A stretch of DNA of 64,000 nt from the human T2T-CHM13v2.0 reference genome, Homo sapiens, in the NCBI RefSeq assembly GCF_009914755.1, contig NC_060930.1; one strand, 5' to 3'. A program made the position numbers and the translations under genes. Shown here in pieces: positions 1 through 14,137 of this stretch (position 1 is its first letter; the number at the start of each line of letters is the position of its first letter). Below the pieces are notes generated by a model that saw nothing but the letters and a program-made list of their open reading frames with translations, searched no databases and was not told the origin of the DNA.

Positions 1-115
1 GAGATGGGGTTTCACTATGTCGGCCAGGCTGGTCTCCAACTCCTTTTCTCAGGTGATCACCCGCCTCAGCCTCCCAAAGTGCCAAGGTTACAGGCATGAG
101 CCACCACGCCCAGCC
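1..115 (-). mobile_element. Alu (left arm, cut by window edge)
   Basis: Reverse-complement Alu: gcctcccaaagtg...gagccaccacgcccagcc. Confidence 0.93.
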
Positions 116-896
116 TAATATAATTTCTAATCTGTGTTAAGACTTGGAAAATAAGAAAAAGGGCAAAATTTGTTCCTCTAAGCATAATGTTCACAAAGTA
201 TTTACCTATTCTTGTTTATTTTAAAGATTTACATTTTATATGTTATTTTGAATATGGACTATATTCACATGGTTCAAAGAATACAGGGAATGGTCTCCAT
301 AACATCCCTATCCTATAGACAGCTAGTTCTCATTCTGAAAAGAACCACATGTTCATATTCTTTATCATTTTGAAAAAACATGAGCTAGGATACTTATATT
401 TTTTTTTTGTTTTTTTTTTTTACATTATCTTTGGAGATCATTCTTTCCGTATAAAAAAATTCATATAGTTTTTTTTACAGAGTAATACAATATTTTACAT
501 TGTGTGAATGTACTATAATTTACTTACTGATGCTCTACTGGAAATTCGTTTCTCTGTAATCTTTTGCTATTTAAAATAATACTGCAATGAATAACCTTGT
601 AGTATATTAAATTATTAATGAAAAAAACCCCACATCATGTTTTTCAAAGAACTTCTGCTTTTTTACAAATAATTTACATGCAAAATGCCTTCTAAGCAGT
701 TTCTGGAAGCTACTCTGCAAAATACGAAAAAAATAGAGAGGCAGAACTTATTTTTGTTTTGTTTTAGAGTGAAAATATTTTGAAAAAGTTATCCTGCCAA
801 ATAAAAGTACTCACATTAAGTAATTTAGGAGATTTCATTTTCAATCTTAAAACAATGGGAATATTGATATCATTTTAATAGTAGGTACATATCTTT

Positions 897-982
897 AAAT
901 AAATGACTATGAAAATCAATGTAAAACCATTCAGCAGTTAAATAAAAGACTATGAAAATCACTGTAAAACCATTCAACAGTT
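897..982. repeat. 43-bp tandem duplication
   Basis: aaataaa(t/a)gactatgaaaatca(a/c)tgtaaaaccattca(g/a)cagtt twice, 3 mismatches. Confidence 0.95.
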
Positions 983-1054
983 TTATTCAACTCTTATTTC
1001 CTGGTCCTTTTAGTCAATTCAAAGCGTATCTTTTGAGTAAAAGTAAGAACTTAC

Positions 1055-1140
1055 TTTTTACCAAGTTTTTCTTCTATTCTAACTTTCCAATCATCCATTC
1101 TTTCACGTACTAGGGCTTTTAGGGGTGCAATATATACCGC
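1055..1140 (-). CDS. ASCC3: ASCC3 coding exon (86 nt, phase 0-2): motif Ia of C-terminal cassette
   Basis: ttttag|GCG GTA...AAA AA|gtaagt; AVYIAPLKALVRERMDDWKVRIEEKLGK(K). Confidence 0.96.
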
Positions 1141-3510
1141 CTAAAAAGGGGAGAATAGCCAAAAATACTCTTATGAAAATAGTGATAGCATTTTGAAATA
1201 AAAGTAAACTCCAAAAAATTTGTCAAAATATGACAGTGTGGTTTGAAAATGTATCTTTTAATTCTGAATACTCAAATTTTTAAATCAACGGGAAAAAGTC
1301 ATTAACTCAAACTACATTTACCCAAAATAAGACAGAAATGTAACATATCACAAACATTCTATTCATAAAAAATATTAACATAGATGAATTTAAATTACTT
1401 TTAAAAAAGCATCAGAGGTATTTTCCTCAGGCATTTTACTATGAAATTATATTCTACATAATAAAAACAAAACAAATTATGAGATAATACACTATAAGAG
1501 AAAATTAGGGTTCTGATAAAAAATTTTTTCTATTATTATGATTAATATTTATTTGAGTTGTATGTAACTCATGAATAAATGTACTGATGTTGAAGTTTTG
1601 AAGAGAAATAAACTATTGTTTAAATTTTAATGCAGATTTTATGAAGATGCTAGTAGTATAATTCAGGTTTCAAAAAAATAAATAAAAGCTGGTCTATAGT
1701 AATCCAAACCTATACAAAATGTATTCCCTTTATGTTTCTAATTTAGAGTAGAGCTCTACTGTTATATTAACATGTCTCTATAGATCAATAACCACATATT
1801 AGAGAGACTGAAAAGTAGGAAAACTTAGGGTTAAGTAGGGAAGAAAAGCCACTAATTAGGAAACACTACAAAAGGATGCTAAGACATTCCTGAAATCATA
1901 AATGATGAAGAAACTAGCCCATAATTCCAATCACAACATCTCTGTAAATGTTTCTATTTTAGTGTGATGTACTCACAAAATTAAGAACAAGAAAACTCTA
2001 AATACTACATAAAAAAACTGTTAGAATTAATAAACAAATTCAATACGCTTGAAGGACACAAAGTCAACATATATAAACCAGTAGAATATATACTGTTAGC
2101 AAACTATCTAAAAAAAAAAAAAAAAAAAAGAAGACAGTCCCACTTACAATAGCACCAGAAAGAATAAAGTACTTAGGAATAAAGTTAACTAAAGAGGTAA
2201 AAAATCTGTACAATGAAAACTATAAAACATTGAAGAGAAACTGAAGAAAAGACAAATAAATGAGAAGATATCCCATGATCATGGACTGGAATAATTAATA
2301 TTGTTGAAATGGTCATACAACCCAAAGCAATCTTCAGTTTAAATGCAATCCTTATCAGAATTCTAATGGCATTTTTCACAGAAATAGAAAAAAAAAATCC
2401 TAGAATTCACAAGGAAGCACAGAGACCTTGAATAGCCAAAGCAATTTTAAGAAAGAAAACCAGTCAGACGCATCACATTTCCTGGTTTCAAATTATATTA
2501 CAAAGCTACAGTAATCATAACAGTGTGGAAGTATGGACCTGACATAAAAAGAGGCACACAGACCAGTGGAACAGAAAAGAGCCCAGAAATCAACCCACAC
2601 AAACAAGGTCAACTAATCTTCAACAAGGGCCTAAAGCATACATACAATAAGCAAAAGATATTCTCTTCTATGAATGATGTTGGGAAGACTGTATATTCAC
2701 ATGTAAAAGAACTACTGCCATACACCATATACAAAAATTAACTCACAATGGATTAAATAATTAAATATAAGATCTAAAACTACAAAATTCTTAGAAGAAA
2801 ACATAAGGAAAAAGCTCCTCGATGTTGGTCTTGGCGATGATTTTTGGGACATGGCATCAAAAGCAAAAATAAACAAATAGGTGTACAACAAACTAAAAAG
2901 CTTCTACATGGAAAATAAATAAATAAATAAAATCAACAGAGAGACAATGTGAAATGAAAGAAATGACAAAACGAAAGAAAATATTTGCAAACCATATACA
3001 CTAGTTCTGTCTTAATGCCTTCCCTTTCCACGCTTCCAATTACTTGTAGTCAATTGTGGTCCAAAAATGTTAAATGAAAAATTCTAGAAATAATTCATAA
3101 GCTTTAAATTATGTACCCTTCTAAGTAGCATGATGGAATCTCACACTGTCCCACTCAATTCAGCCTGGAACATGAATCATCCCTTTGTCCAGAGTATTCA
3201 GGCTGTAGCCACTCCCCAAACACTAGTCACTTAGTAACTGTCTTGTTTACTAGAAAGACTGTGGCAGTATCACAGTGCTTTTGTACAAGTAGCCCTTACA
3301 TTACTTAGTAATGGCCCCAAAGCACAAGAGTAGTGATACTGGCAACTCGGATTTGCCAAGGAGAAGACAAAGTGTTTCAAGTGAAAAGATGAAAGTTCTT
3401 GACTTAATAAAAGAAAAAAAAATCATATGCCGAGACTGCTAAGATCTGTGGTAAGAACAAACATTCTATCTGTGAAATCATAAGAAGGAAATCATAAGAA
3501 ATTTGTGCCA

Positions 3511-3821
<311 letters not shown>

Positions 3822-4029
3822 AAGAAATTTGTGCCAGTTTTGATGTTGAACCTTAAGCTGCAAAAATTATGGCCACAGTACACGATAAGTGCTTGGTTAA
3901 GATGGAAAAGGTATTAAATTTGTGGGTGGAAAACATGAATAAAATGTGTTTTTTAAATTTTAGTACACTTTTCTTAAGTACATATTTATAAAGAACATAG
4001 TATTGCACTACTATACCATTTCTTGTTTT

Positions 4030-4340
4030 ACTTTTTATTTGTTTTTACTTAACACATAATAATTGCACATATTTATGGGATACATAGTGATGTTTTGATA
4101 CATATAATGTATAGTGATCAGATCAGGGTAATTAGCATATCCATCATCTCAAACATTTATCATTTCTTTGTGTTGGGAACCTTCAATATCCTTCTTCTAG
4201 CTATGTGAAACCACATTATATATTATTGTTAACTACAGTCCTTCTACAGTCGTATACAACACTAGAATTTATTCTTTCTATTCGGCTGTAATTTTGCATC
4301 CTTTAACCATCCTCTCCTTATCTCTCCCTTCCCCCTACCC
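4030..4340 (-). mobile_element. L1MA 3'-end fragment
   Basis: Antisense L1 3' UTR (gtgatcagatcagggtaattagcatatccatc) preceded by a T-rich tail. Confidence 0.8.
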
Positions 4341-4667
4341 AAATGGGTTCAGTACCATCAGGTTGCAGGCATCCATCGGGGTTTTGGAATGTATCACCTG
4401 AGGATAAGCGGGGACTAAATATCTAATAAAAAGTTATAATCCAAAATAGAAACTTACACAACTCAATAGCAGATAAACCCAAATTATTCAATTAAAAATG
4501 GGCAAAATATCTGAATACATATTTTTTTCCAAAAGAAAACACACAAATGGCCATTGGATACATGAAAAGGTGCTCAATATAACATCATCAAGGAAATGCA
4601 AATTAAAATCACAATAAGATATCAATTTACACCTGTTAAAATGGCTATTACCAAAAGACAAAAGACA

Positions 4668-4827
4668 GCCGGGCATGTGGCACAAACCTGTAGTCCCAGC
4701 TACTCAGGAGGCTGAGGCAGGAGGATTGCTTGAGCCCAGAAGTTCAAGGCCAGTCTGGGCAACACAGCGAGACCCCATCTCCTCAAAAAACAAAAAAAAA
4801 AAAAAAAAAGAAAAGAAAAAAGAAAAA
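4668..4827 (+). mobile_element. FLAM-type Alu monomer
   Basis: Single monomer with ggattgcttgagcccagaagttcaaggcc and A tail. Confidence 0.85.
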
Positions 4828-6023
4828 AATAACACACATGTAGGTGAGGATGTGGAGAAAAGGTAACTGTTACTGTACATGATTGGTGGTAATGTAAACT
4901 GTACAGCCATTATGGAAGACAATCTGGAATTTCTTTAAAAATTAAGCATAGAACTATCCAGCAATCCCACTTTTGGGTATATATCCAAAGGAAATGAGAT
5001 CAGTATCTTAAAGAGATATCTGCACTCCCATGTTCATTGCAGCTTTACTTTGAATAGCCCAAATATGGAAACAATCTAAGTGCCTCAAGATAGATAAAGA
5101 AATTGTAATATATATATGTGTGTGTGTATATATATATATGTGATATATATGTACACACACACACACAATGAAATATTATTCAGCTTTAAAGAAGAATGAA
5201 ATCAGCCATTTTCAACAATATAGATGAACCCAAGGGACATTATGTTAAGTGAAATACGCCAGACATAGAAAGAAAAATACTGCATAACTTCACTTACACA
5301 TGGAATTTTTAAAAGTTGGATTCATAGAAGGAAAGAGTAGGATATTGGTTACCAGCGGTGAGGATGGGGGAATGAGGAGATACTGGTCAACAGGTATAAA
5401 GTTTCATTTATGATGAATGAATAAGTACTAGACACCTAATATACAGCATGGTGATTACAGTTAATAGCACTGCATTATATACTTGAAATTTGCTAAGAGA
5501 ATAGATTTTATGTGTTCTCATCACAAAAAAGATAACTATTTGAAGTGATAGGTATGTTAATTAGCTTGACTGTAGTAATCACTTGACAATGTATATCAAA
5601 ACATCACATTGTATACCTTAAATATACATAATTTTTATTAAAAATAATATATACTAGGAAAGAGTTAAAAAATTATGCTTCAAGAAAGCTTTAAAGCAAT
5701 ACTTACTTGACTTGTAATGTATTTGATATTAAATAATATCATGGCCATTTGTAGAAGTCATATAAAAGCTACTCTATATTTAATATGTATAATCAAACTA
5801 TATTAAAGCACTAGCATTTTCTTCATACAGAAAAGATTTGATTATGAATTACTTTGTATTGTTTAACTTTGCCTATGAAGTGGGTTTCTCACAGTGAAAT
5901 TATCTATGAATTGTAGAAATCTTACAATGAGGAAAGGATTTGTGTGTCACTACATACATTAGAAATTCAACTGGAGGACTACAAAGTTTAAGGTAAATTT
6001 TCTTGCTGCAAATTATCCTAATA

Positions 6024-8387
6024 TGGGCATAGCTCATTTTACTGCACTTTGCGGATATTGTTTTTTTACAAATTGGAGGTTTGTGGCAACCCCACATCGA
6101 GCAATTCTATCAAAAGCAATTCTATTGATTTTTCCAACAGTATGTGTTCACTTCATGCCTCTGTTACGTTTTGGTAATTCTACCAATATTTCTAACTTTT
6201 TCTGTATTATTATATCGGTTATGGTGATCTGTGGTCGGTGATCTTTTATGTTATCATTGTAATTGTTTTGTAGTGTCATGAACTACACCATATAAGATGA
6301 CAAACTTAATTGATAATTGTGTGTGTTCTAACTTCTCCACTGACCAGCCATTCCCCCATCTCTTTCCTTCTCCTCAGGCCTCCTTCTTCCCTAAGACACA
6401 ACAATATTGAAATTAGGTCAATTAATAACCCTACAATAGCCTCTAAATGTTCGAGTGAAAGGAAGAGTTGCATGTCTCTCACTTTAAATCAAAAGCTAGA
6501 AATGATTAAGCTTAGGGAGGAAGGCATGTCGAAAGCTGAGATAGGCCAAAAAGCTAGGCCTCTTAATACCAAGGAGTTAGCCAAGTTTTGAATGCAAAGG
6601 ACAAGTTCTTGAAGGAAATGAAAAGTGCTACTTCATTGAACACATGAATGATAAGAAAGTGAAAGTTTTATTCCCGATACGGAGAAAGTCCGAGTGGTGT
6701 AGACAGAAGATCAAATCAACCACGATATTTCCATAACCTAAAGCCTACTCTAGAGCAAGCCCCAAATTCTCTTCAATTCTGTGAAGGCTGAGAGTGGTGA
6801 GGACACTCCAGAAGAAAAGTTTGAAGCTTGTTTCACATGGTTTAAAGAATTCACCTCTATGAAGTGCCAGGTGAAGCAGAAAGTGCTGATGTAGAAGCTG
6901 CAGCGAGTTATCTGGAAAATATAGCAAAGATAATTGATGAAGGTGGCTACAATAAACAACAGAGTTTTAATGTATACAAAATAGCCTAATATTGGAGGAG
7001 GATGTCATCAAGGACTTTCACAGGTAGAGAGGAGAAGTCAATGCCTGACTTCAAAGCTTCAAAGGAGGAGCTAACTTTCTTGTTAGGGACTAATGCAACT
7101 GGTGACTTGAAGTTGAAGCCAATGCTCATTTACCATTCTGAAAACTCTAGGGTCCTTAAGAATTATGCTAAATCACCTCTGCCTGTGCTCTATAAATGGA
7201 ACAACAAAGCCTGGATGACAGCATATCTACTAAACAGCATGGTTTATTGAATATTTTAAGCCCACTGTTGAGACCTATTGCTTAGAAAAAAAGATTCCTT
7301 TCAAAATGTGACGCTCATTGACAATACATCTAATCACACTCCAAAGCTTTGATGGACATGTACAAAGAGATGAATGTTGTTTTCATGCCTGCTAACATAA
7401 CATCTATTCTGTACTCCAGGGATATAGGGGTAATTTTGGCTTTCCTATCCTTTTACTTAAGAAATATGTTTCATAAGACCGTAGATAGTGATTCCTCTGA
7501 TGGACCTGGGCAGAGTAAGTTGGAAATCTTCTGGAAAGAATTCACCATTCTAGATGCCATTAAGAACATTCATGATTCTTGGAAGGAGGTCAAAATATCA
7601 ACATTAACAGGAGTTAGGAAGAAGTTGATTCCACCCTTCACGGACGACTGAGGGGTTCAAGACCTCAATAGGGAAAGGCACTGCAGATGTGGTGGAAACA
7701 GCAAGAGAACTAGAATTAGAAGTGGAGCCTGATGATATAACTGAATTGTTACAATCTCATGATTAAATGAACAGATGAGGAGTTGCTTCTCATGGATGAG
7801 CAAAGAAAAGGTGTTTCTTGCGATAGAATCTACTGACAAAGATACTGTGACCATTGCTGAAATGACAAAAAGGATTTAGAATATTACATAAACTTAGTTC
7901 AGAAAGCAGTGGCAGGGTTTGAGAGGGTTGACTCATTTTGAAAGACGTTCTATCGTGGGTAAAATGCTATCAGGCGGCATCACATGCTACAGAAAAATTT
8001 TTCATGAAAGGAAGAGTCAATCAATGTGGCAAACTTCATTGTCTTATTTTAAGAAATGACCACGGCTACTCCAACCTTCAGTAGCCACAACCATGATCAG
8101 TCAGCAGCCATCAACATTGAGGCAAAACCCTTCACTAGCAAAAAGATTAAGACTCACTATAAGGCTGAGATGATTGATAATATTTTTTAGTAATAAAGTA
8201 TTTTCAAATTTAGCTATGTATATTTTTAGGCATAATGCTATTACACACTAATAGGCTATGGTATAGTATAAACAGAATTTTTATATGCACTAGGAATCCA
8301 AAAAATTTGTATGACTTGCTTTATTGTGACATTCACTATATTGTGGTAGTATATAACCAAACTCATGATATCTTCACGGTATATCTG
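6024..8387 (+). mobile_element. Near full-length Tigger1 with disrupted pogo-type transposase
   Basis: TA flanks, degenerate TIRs (tgggcatagctc.../...cacggtatatctg), ~2.36 kb; ORF fragments SERKSCMSLTLNQKLEMIKL (CENP-B-like HTH) and LKLKPMLIYHSENSR (DDE region), with stops and frameshifts. Confidence 0.93.
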
Positions 8388-8527
8388 TACTGATCTGGTC
8401 CCCTGGGAAATTCACTGAGAGTGACAAATCTATTCATTAGACCCTGCCAATATATTTAGAACTGTCTAGTTTAGAGATTATGAACTGTCTTTTCTAATTA
8501 AATGTAAGTATGATTCTTTCAACAGAC

Positions 8528-8748
8528 CTTTGAAGTAGGGTATTTGTTGAAGACTCTGAAAATGGCTAATTCAGCTGCAACAGTCTTTCCCGATCCAGTA
8601 GGTGCTCCAAGTAGGACATTACAATCCGTGTGATACAATGTATGAAATATTTGTGTCTGTACAGGGTTAAAGTGGCTGAAGTTGTACAGGGCTTCATATG
8701 CTTTACATCCCAAAGCTGTGATTGGTAAAGGCTGAAGATCCAGTAATT
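8528..8748 (-). CDS. ASCC3: ASCC3 coding exon (221 nt, phase 1-0): Q motif and Walker A of C-terminal cassette
   Basis: tttcag|AA TTA...TCA AAG|gtctgt; (E)[73 protein letters not shown]. Confidence 0.96.
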
Positions 8749-9759
8749 CTGAAAAGACCCAACAGGATGGCTATACGACAATTGAAAAACACGCATAATA
8801 CTGAATACTGTATTATAAATAATAGATTATAGTAATCCTTAGTTCCTTAGACAAGGAGAAAAAACACAAACTCTTATATACCCATTACAGATCTGGCATT
8901 TCAACAAATATGTCACGCAAGTAACCACATTTACCATATTGACATACTGGATGCTTTTCTGGGGGAGTGCCCTATAAGCCAACTATAATGCCATATCCTT
9001 CTTTTTCCAATCAGGAAAGTCATTTGAATAACAAGTATATGCATGTTATAGAACAAAACCTAAATCTGTCTCAAGTGGTAAAAAAATTAAAACCATTTGC
9101 AGACTTCAACACTGAAATGATTACTAACAACGAATTACTTTTGTTCTGTTAGACACTGACCAAGCAAGAGCAGTTGAGTTAACTATTGTTGTCAATGGAA
9201 AGTAAAATGAATTTAGGGTAATTCCAGGTAGAAAATTGGGTGGGAGTTTTAAAGCAAAGCATGACTGAGTAAACAAAACCTGCCCTGAGAAAACCTAGAA
9301 AGAAACTAGATTTAGTTGTTTCTTATTATGTGGATGGGAGGCCTAGGGAATTAGAAACAAAATAATTTAGAGAAACAGTTATACACCCTTGAATTCAACA
9401 GACCTTATATTTTCCATAATCCAGAAAGGTATCAGTTAGAAAACCAGAAGGCCACTTTACTCTCAAGATTATTTCATGAAAGATAAATCCAGTCATTTGA
9501 AATTTGAACAAGAAGAAATAATCCATAAGGTAACATAGTATTCTGTACCTTGAGTTAGATGTTCATGGTACTGTTTCAAAATGAAAGTATGGCAAATTTT
9601 CTTCTTAAAAAATGTCTTTAAAAGTCAAAAAATTAATTTAAAAAATTATCCTTTCCCCACTGCTCTATTCAGTTAATTACATAGGTAACTGAGGGCTAAC
9701 GACATACTTTCTACACCAGACTGTAGGTTTCTTAAATTTTCTGAAGCACTGAAAATTGA

Positions 9760-10119
<360 letters not shown>

Positions 10120-11252
10120 TCAAAGCCGAGATATGTTCTTAAAAAGACTAAAAAATAAATAAATAAATAAACTGCATATTGCATATTTACTGATGATGTT
10201 AAATTACAGTGCTTTACATTAGTGAAAGATGAAGGTTTTTCTTGGCTCATTTGGGCTCAATGATAATGACTATATATTCAAAGAGACCCTGGAATCATTG
10301 AGGTTACTTTGTATATGTCTAATATCAACTGAGATGTTATGGTGGTACATTTATTGTTTTTAAAATTGTAGTCAGAACTCAGCTAATTATATAAATAGGG
10401 TGATACATTCTTGGTCATTTGGCAGACAAAAGATAAAATGAACATTGAAATAGAATGTTAACGCAAGTTAAGATCAAGTGCTATACTCAAAGATTAATGA
10501 TGTTTGAAGCATGTATTTTAAATTAAAGCACCAAACATTTTTTATATATTTTATTCTGAGATTCTAAATATTACATGTAGCACACTTGATGAAAGAAGAC
10601 TGGAAAGATTCCCTTCAATGAGTAGATCACTAGATACTACAATCTCATTATTTTTCTATGTTGACAAGCCTTTTAGTTCTGTTCTGCCAAGATATCAAAG
10701 TGGAATTAAGCCAAAGTATAAAGTATCTCTCTTTAAGATAAGCTAAGATAATGAATAGGGTACACATTTGACAAAAATGGCAAAGTTTAAAGTCACATTA
10801 AGACCTCTTTCAATTCCCAAAGGACTGCCAAATAATGAGTTCATTAAAAGTAGTGAGGACTATATTTTTATTCTGAAAATGACAAAGGGTTTCTCTTTGG
10901 AAGAACCATATGAGAAAAAATATGGACTTTCATTTTTCTATAAATTAAGGCCCTCTTAAAATCAATTCTGAAAAAGAAGAAATAAACTTATTATACTAGT
11001 TAATTAACAGATTAGTTTAGGATTTTTTGAAATAGAGTATTTCATAGGGCACTTAAAAGTATCATTGTAAACATTTATTCCTGAAAAATCTGCTTCTATA
11101 TTAAGTCAAAATAAAAAGGTATTTGTTCACGTCACCAAAATTTAAAATGGATTTTTGCAAGGTATGACAGTGAAAAACACTATTGTATGATGTTGAAGAT
11201 TACCACGTACCCCTTTATAATGTTAGGGCAGAGGGATAAAACTAATATAAAG

Positions 11253-12098
11253 TGTTCCTATTTCCCCACATCCTCTCCAGCACCTGTTGTTTCCTGACTT
11301 TTTAATGATCGCCATTCTAACTGGTGTGAGATGGTATCTCACTGTGGTTTTGATTGGCATTTCTCTGATGGCCAGTGATGATGCACATTTTTTCATGTGT
11401 CTGTTGGCTGCATAAATGTCTTCTTTTGAGAAGTGTCTGTTCATATCCTTTGCCCACTTGTTGATGGGGTTTTTTATTTTACACTGTTGGTGGGACTGTA
11501 AACTAGTTCAACCATTGTGGAAGTCAGTGTGGCGATTCCTCAGGGATCTAGAACTAGAAATACCATTTGACCCAGCCATCCCATTACTGGGTATATACAC
11601 AAAGGATTATAAATCATGCTGCTATAAGGACACATGCACATGTATGTTTACTGCAGCACTATTCACAATAGCAAAGACTTGGAACCAACCCAAATGTCCA
11701 ACGATGACAGACTGCATTAAGAAAATGTGGCACATATACACCATGGAATACTATGCAGCCATAGAAAGGATGAGTTCATGTCCTTTGTAGGAACATGGAT
11801 GAAGCTGGAAACCATCATTCTCAGTAAACTATCGCAAGGACAAAAAACCAAACACCACGTGTTCTCACTCATAGGTGGGAATTCAACAATGAGAACACAT
11901 GGACACAGGAAGGGAAACATCACACACCGCGGCCTGTTGCGGAGTGGGGGGAGGGGGGAGGGATAGCATTAGGTGATATACCTAATGTTAAATGACGAGT
12001 TAATAGGTGCAGCACGCCAACATGGCACATGTACACATATGTAACAAACCTGCACATTGTGCACATGTACCCTAAAAGTTAAAGTATTAAAAAAAAAA
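11253..12098 (+). mobile_element. 5'-inverted, truncated L1PA (twin priming) with 15-bp TSD
   Basis: 11253-~11477 antisense ORF2 ([14 protein letters not shown]...GEIGTL); ~11478-12098 sense ORF2 end, 3' UTR and polyA; TSD aaaactaatataaag at 11238-11252 and 12099-12113. Confidence 0.95.
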
Positions 12099-12507
12099 AA
12101 AACTAATATAAAGGGTAGATGTTATTTGCAGGACACAAACTCACTTGAGGTATGTGGAAATCCATTCCATAGTGATACCATAATATGATTCCTTAATATT
12201 AGCTTTTTTGTTTTTGGTGTAGAAACACAAAAGATGGGGGGAAATTCCCCATAACTCACTGGTATGTTAGTTAATTTAACATACTAGAAATAAGTTTAAG
12301 TAAACTGGAATAAACGCAAGGGAGAAAATAAAAGTTTTACAGAGAGAACAGATTAAATGATGAATGACAAATGAAATAAAAAGGGAGTTATAGAGAAGTT
12401 ATAATGATTACAAGTAAAACTTTATTACGGTGTAGACATTTTTCAACATTAATTAAAACAACCATTTTGGAAAAATCAATGATTCAAATCAGCATTCACC
12501 ATGTTAC

Positions 12508-12676
12508 CTGTATGAGGAGGATGTCTCTCTGGTAGAATTAGATGTTGAAAGTTGATAATACATACTGCCTCAGCACCCAACCATCTATCAGACACTGCTC
12601 GGATGTAGTATTGGGAAGGCAAAGGCTCAAAAATAGGGATTGTAAATACCAGTAGTTGGGCTTCTTTACTAATGAC
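12508..12676 (-). CDS. ASCC3: ASCC3 coding exon (169 nt, phase 0-1): end of Sec63, inter-cassette linker
   Basis: ttag|GTC ATT...ACA G|gtaac; VISKEAQLLVFTIPIFEPLPSQYYIRAVSDRWLGAEAVCIINFQHLILPERHPPHT. Confidence 0.96.
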
Positions 12677-13401
12677 CTAATATGAAATACAGTCAAAAAT
12701 AAATATGGATATTCTAATAGCATAAAGGCCTTATTAGTCTATTGTTAAGATAACGGTATCTCTACAAGATATACTAAAGACAAAGTATCTTGAATTTGTA
12801 AATAGCTGAGATATTCGGAAACTTTAGAAAATTGTGCATGGTGCCCTTCTGAGGATACCTGATAGAAGGTAAAATTTTATGGCTAATTTATATTATTTAC
12901 ATATGCATATAATCATGTATTAACAAGTTACCAATTTGACTACCTGAATTTCCCAAACATCATTCATTCAATTACATAACTTCATGATTTTTACCTTACC
13001 GAATTACCATATTGTTTACTTAATATTTTTTGTTAAGTTCTATCAGTACCTAAAATGGAATACCGCAATCACTTGGTACAAATAGAAGGTAACCAAGCAG
13101 ACAAAAGCAATGAATACAAAACGCTGCTATGAAATTCTACTGTTGCCTACCCAAGACTCTTACCTGAAGCTTGCTTTATCTTTGATAAAAACAGAAATTA
13201 CGAATGAAGCATCAGTTAAAGAAATACCATCAAATTGAGTCTTTGTCTTGTGATTTATAAAGAAATTTAGAAGAAATGCTCTTTTAATCCAATAGTATTC
13301 AGTATTTTGTGCATGTGACCCTTAAGATTATTATTGATCCTACCTATTTTACATATTCTACACCTCTGGAACCCAGGTCTTAAACCATGGTAAAGATTAT
13401 C

Positions 13402-13749
13402 CAGTCATGCATTGCTTAATGACAGGAATGGTTCTGAAAAATGTGTCATTACGTAATTTTGTCTTAAGAACATCATAGTGTACGTAGACAAGCCAGATGG
13501 TATAGCCTCCTAAATATCTAGGTTACATGGCAAAGCCTACTGCTCTTATACAGCATGTTACCATACAGCATGTTATTGTATTGAATATTTTAGGCAATTA
13601 TAACACAATGGTACTTACCTATCTACACATATTTAAACCTAGAAAAAGTAGGTGAAAATACAGTATTATAATCTTATGGGACCACTATTGTACTGTTGTT
13701 GTGTATGTGGTCCCTTGTTCACTGAAATGTCACTATGTGGGGCATTACT
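13402..13749 (+). mobile_element. Tigger3a/MER7A-like MITE
   Basis: TIRs cagtcatgcattgcttaatgac ... tatgtggggcattact; ~350 bp. Confidence 0.82.
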
Positions 13750-13957
13750 GGTAAGTGAATTTCTTAAACCATGATCACATTGAATATACCAATACTATAA
13801 CATTTAATCACTGTATTCTTTTAAAACTAATAGGAAACTAAAACATAAAATAAAGTTTTAATTGTACTATAAAATTACAGAGAAATAAAAGCAGAAACTG
13901 TTAGTATAATTTTTTTTACAATAGCAAATAAGGATATATTCACATATATACACTTAC

Positions 13958-14056
13958 TTGTTTTTTTAGAGCTAGAAAATACTCTGAATGATAAATATGA
14001 TCATTTGTAGGATCTTCTACCCAAATCCACCAAGGTTCTCCTACTGTCCCATGTAC
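13958..14056 (-). CDS. ASCC3: ASCC3 coding exon (99 nt): IG-like domain
   Basis: ctag|GTA CAT...AAA CAA|gtaagt; VHGTVGEPWWIWVEDPTNDHIYHSEYFLALKKQ. Confidence 0.96.
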
Positions 14057-14137
14057 CTAGAAGAAAAATAGCATCCTGCTACTATGCATATCATAACTCA
14101 AATAAGGGATAGCATCCAATCTTCTCACTCTAGAAGC

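Noticed and set aside
6310-7651. TIGD1-like transposase ORFs as a domesticated gene
   Set aside because: Broken into short frames by stops and frameshifts within an ordinary Tigger1 copy.
11223-11966. ORFs with L1 ORF2 C-terminal similarity
   Set aside because: 5'-truncated, inverted L1 with no promoter, ORF1, endonuclease or RT.
13157-13168. Strong orphan donor CAG|GTAAGAG on the minus strand
   Set aside because: No convincing acceptor at exon distance; such motifs are frequent by chance.
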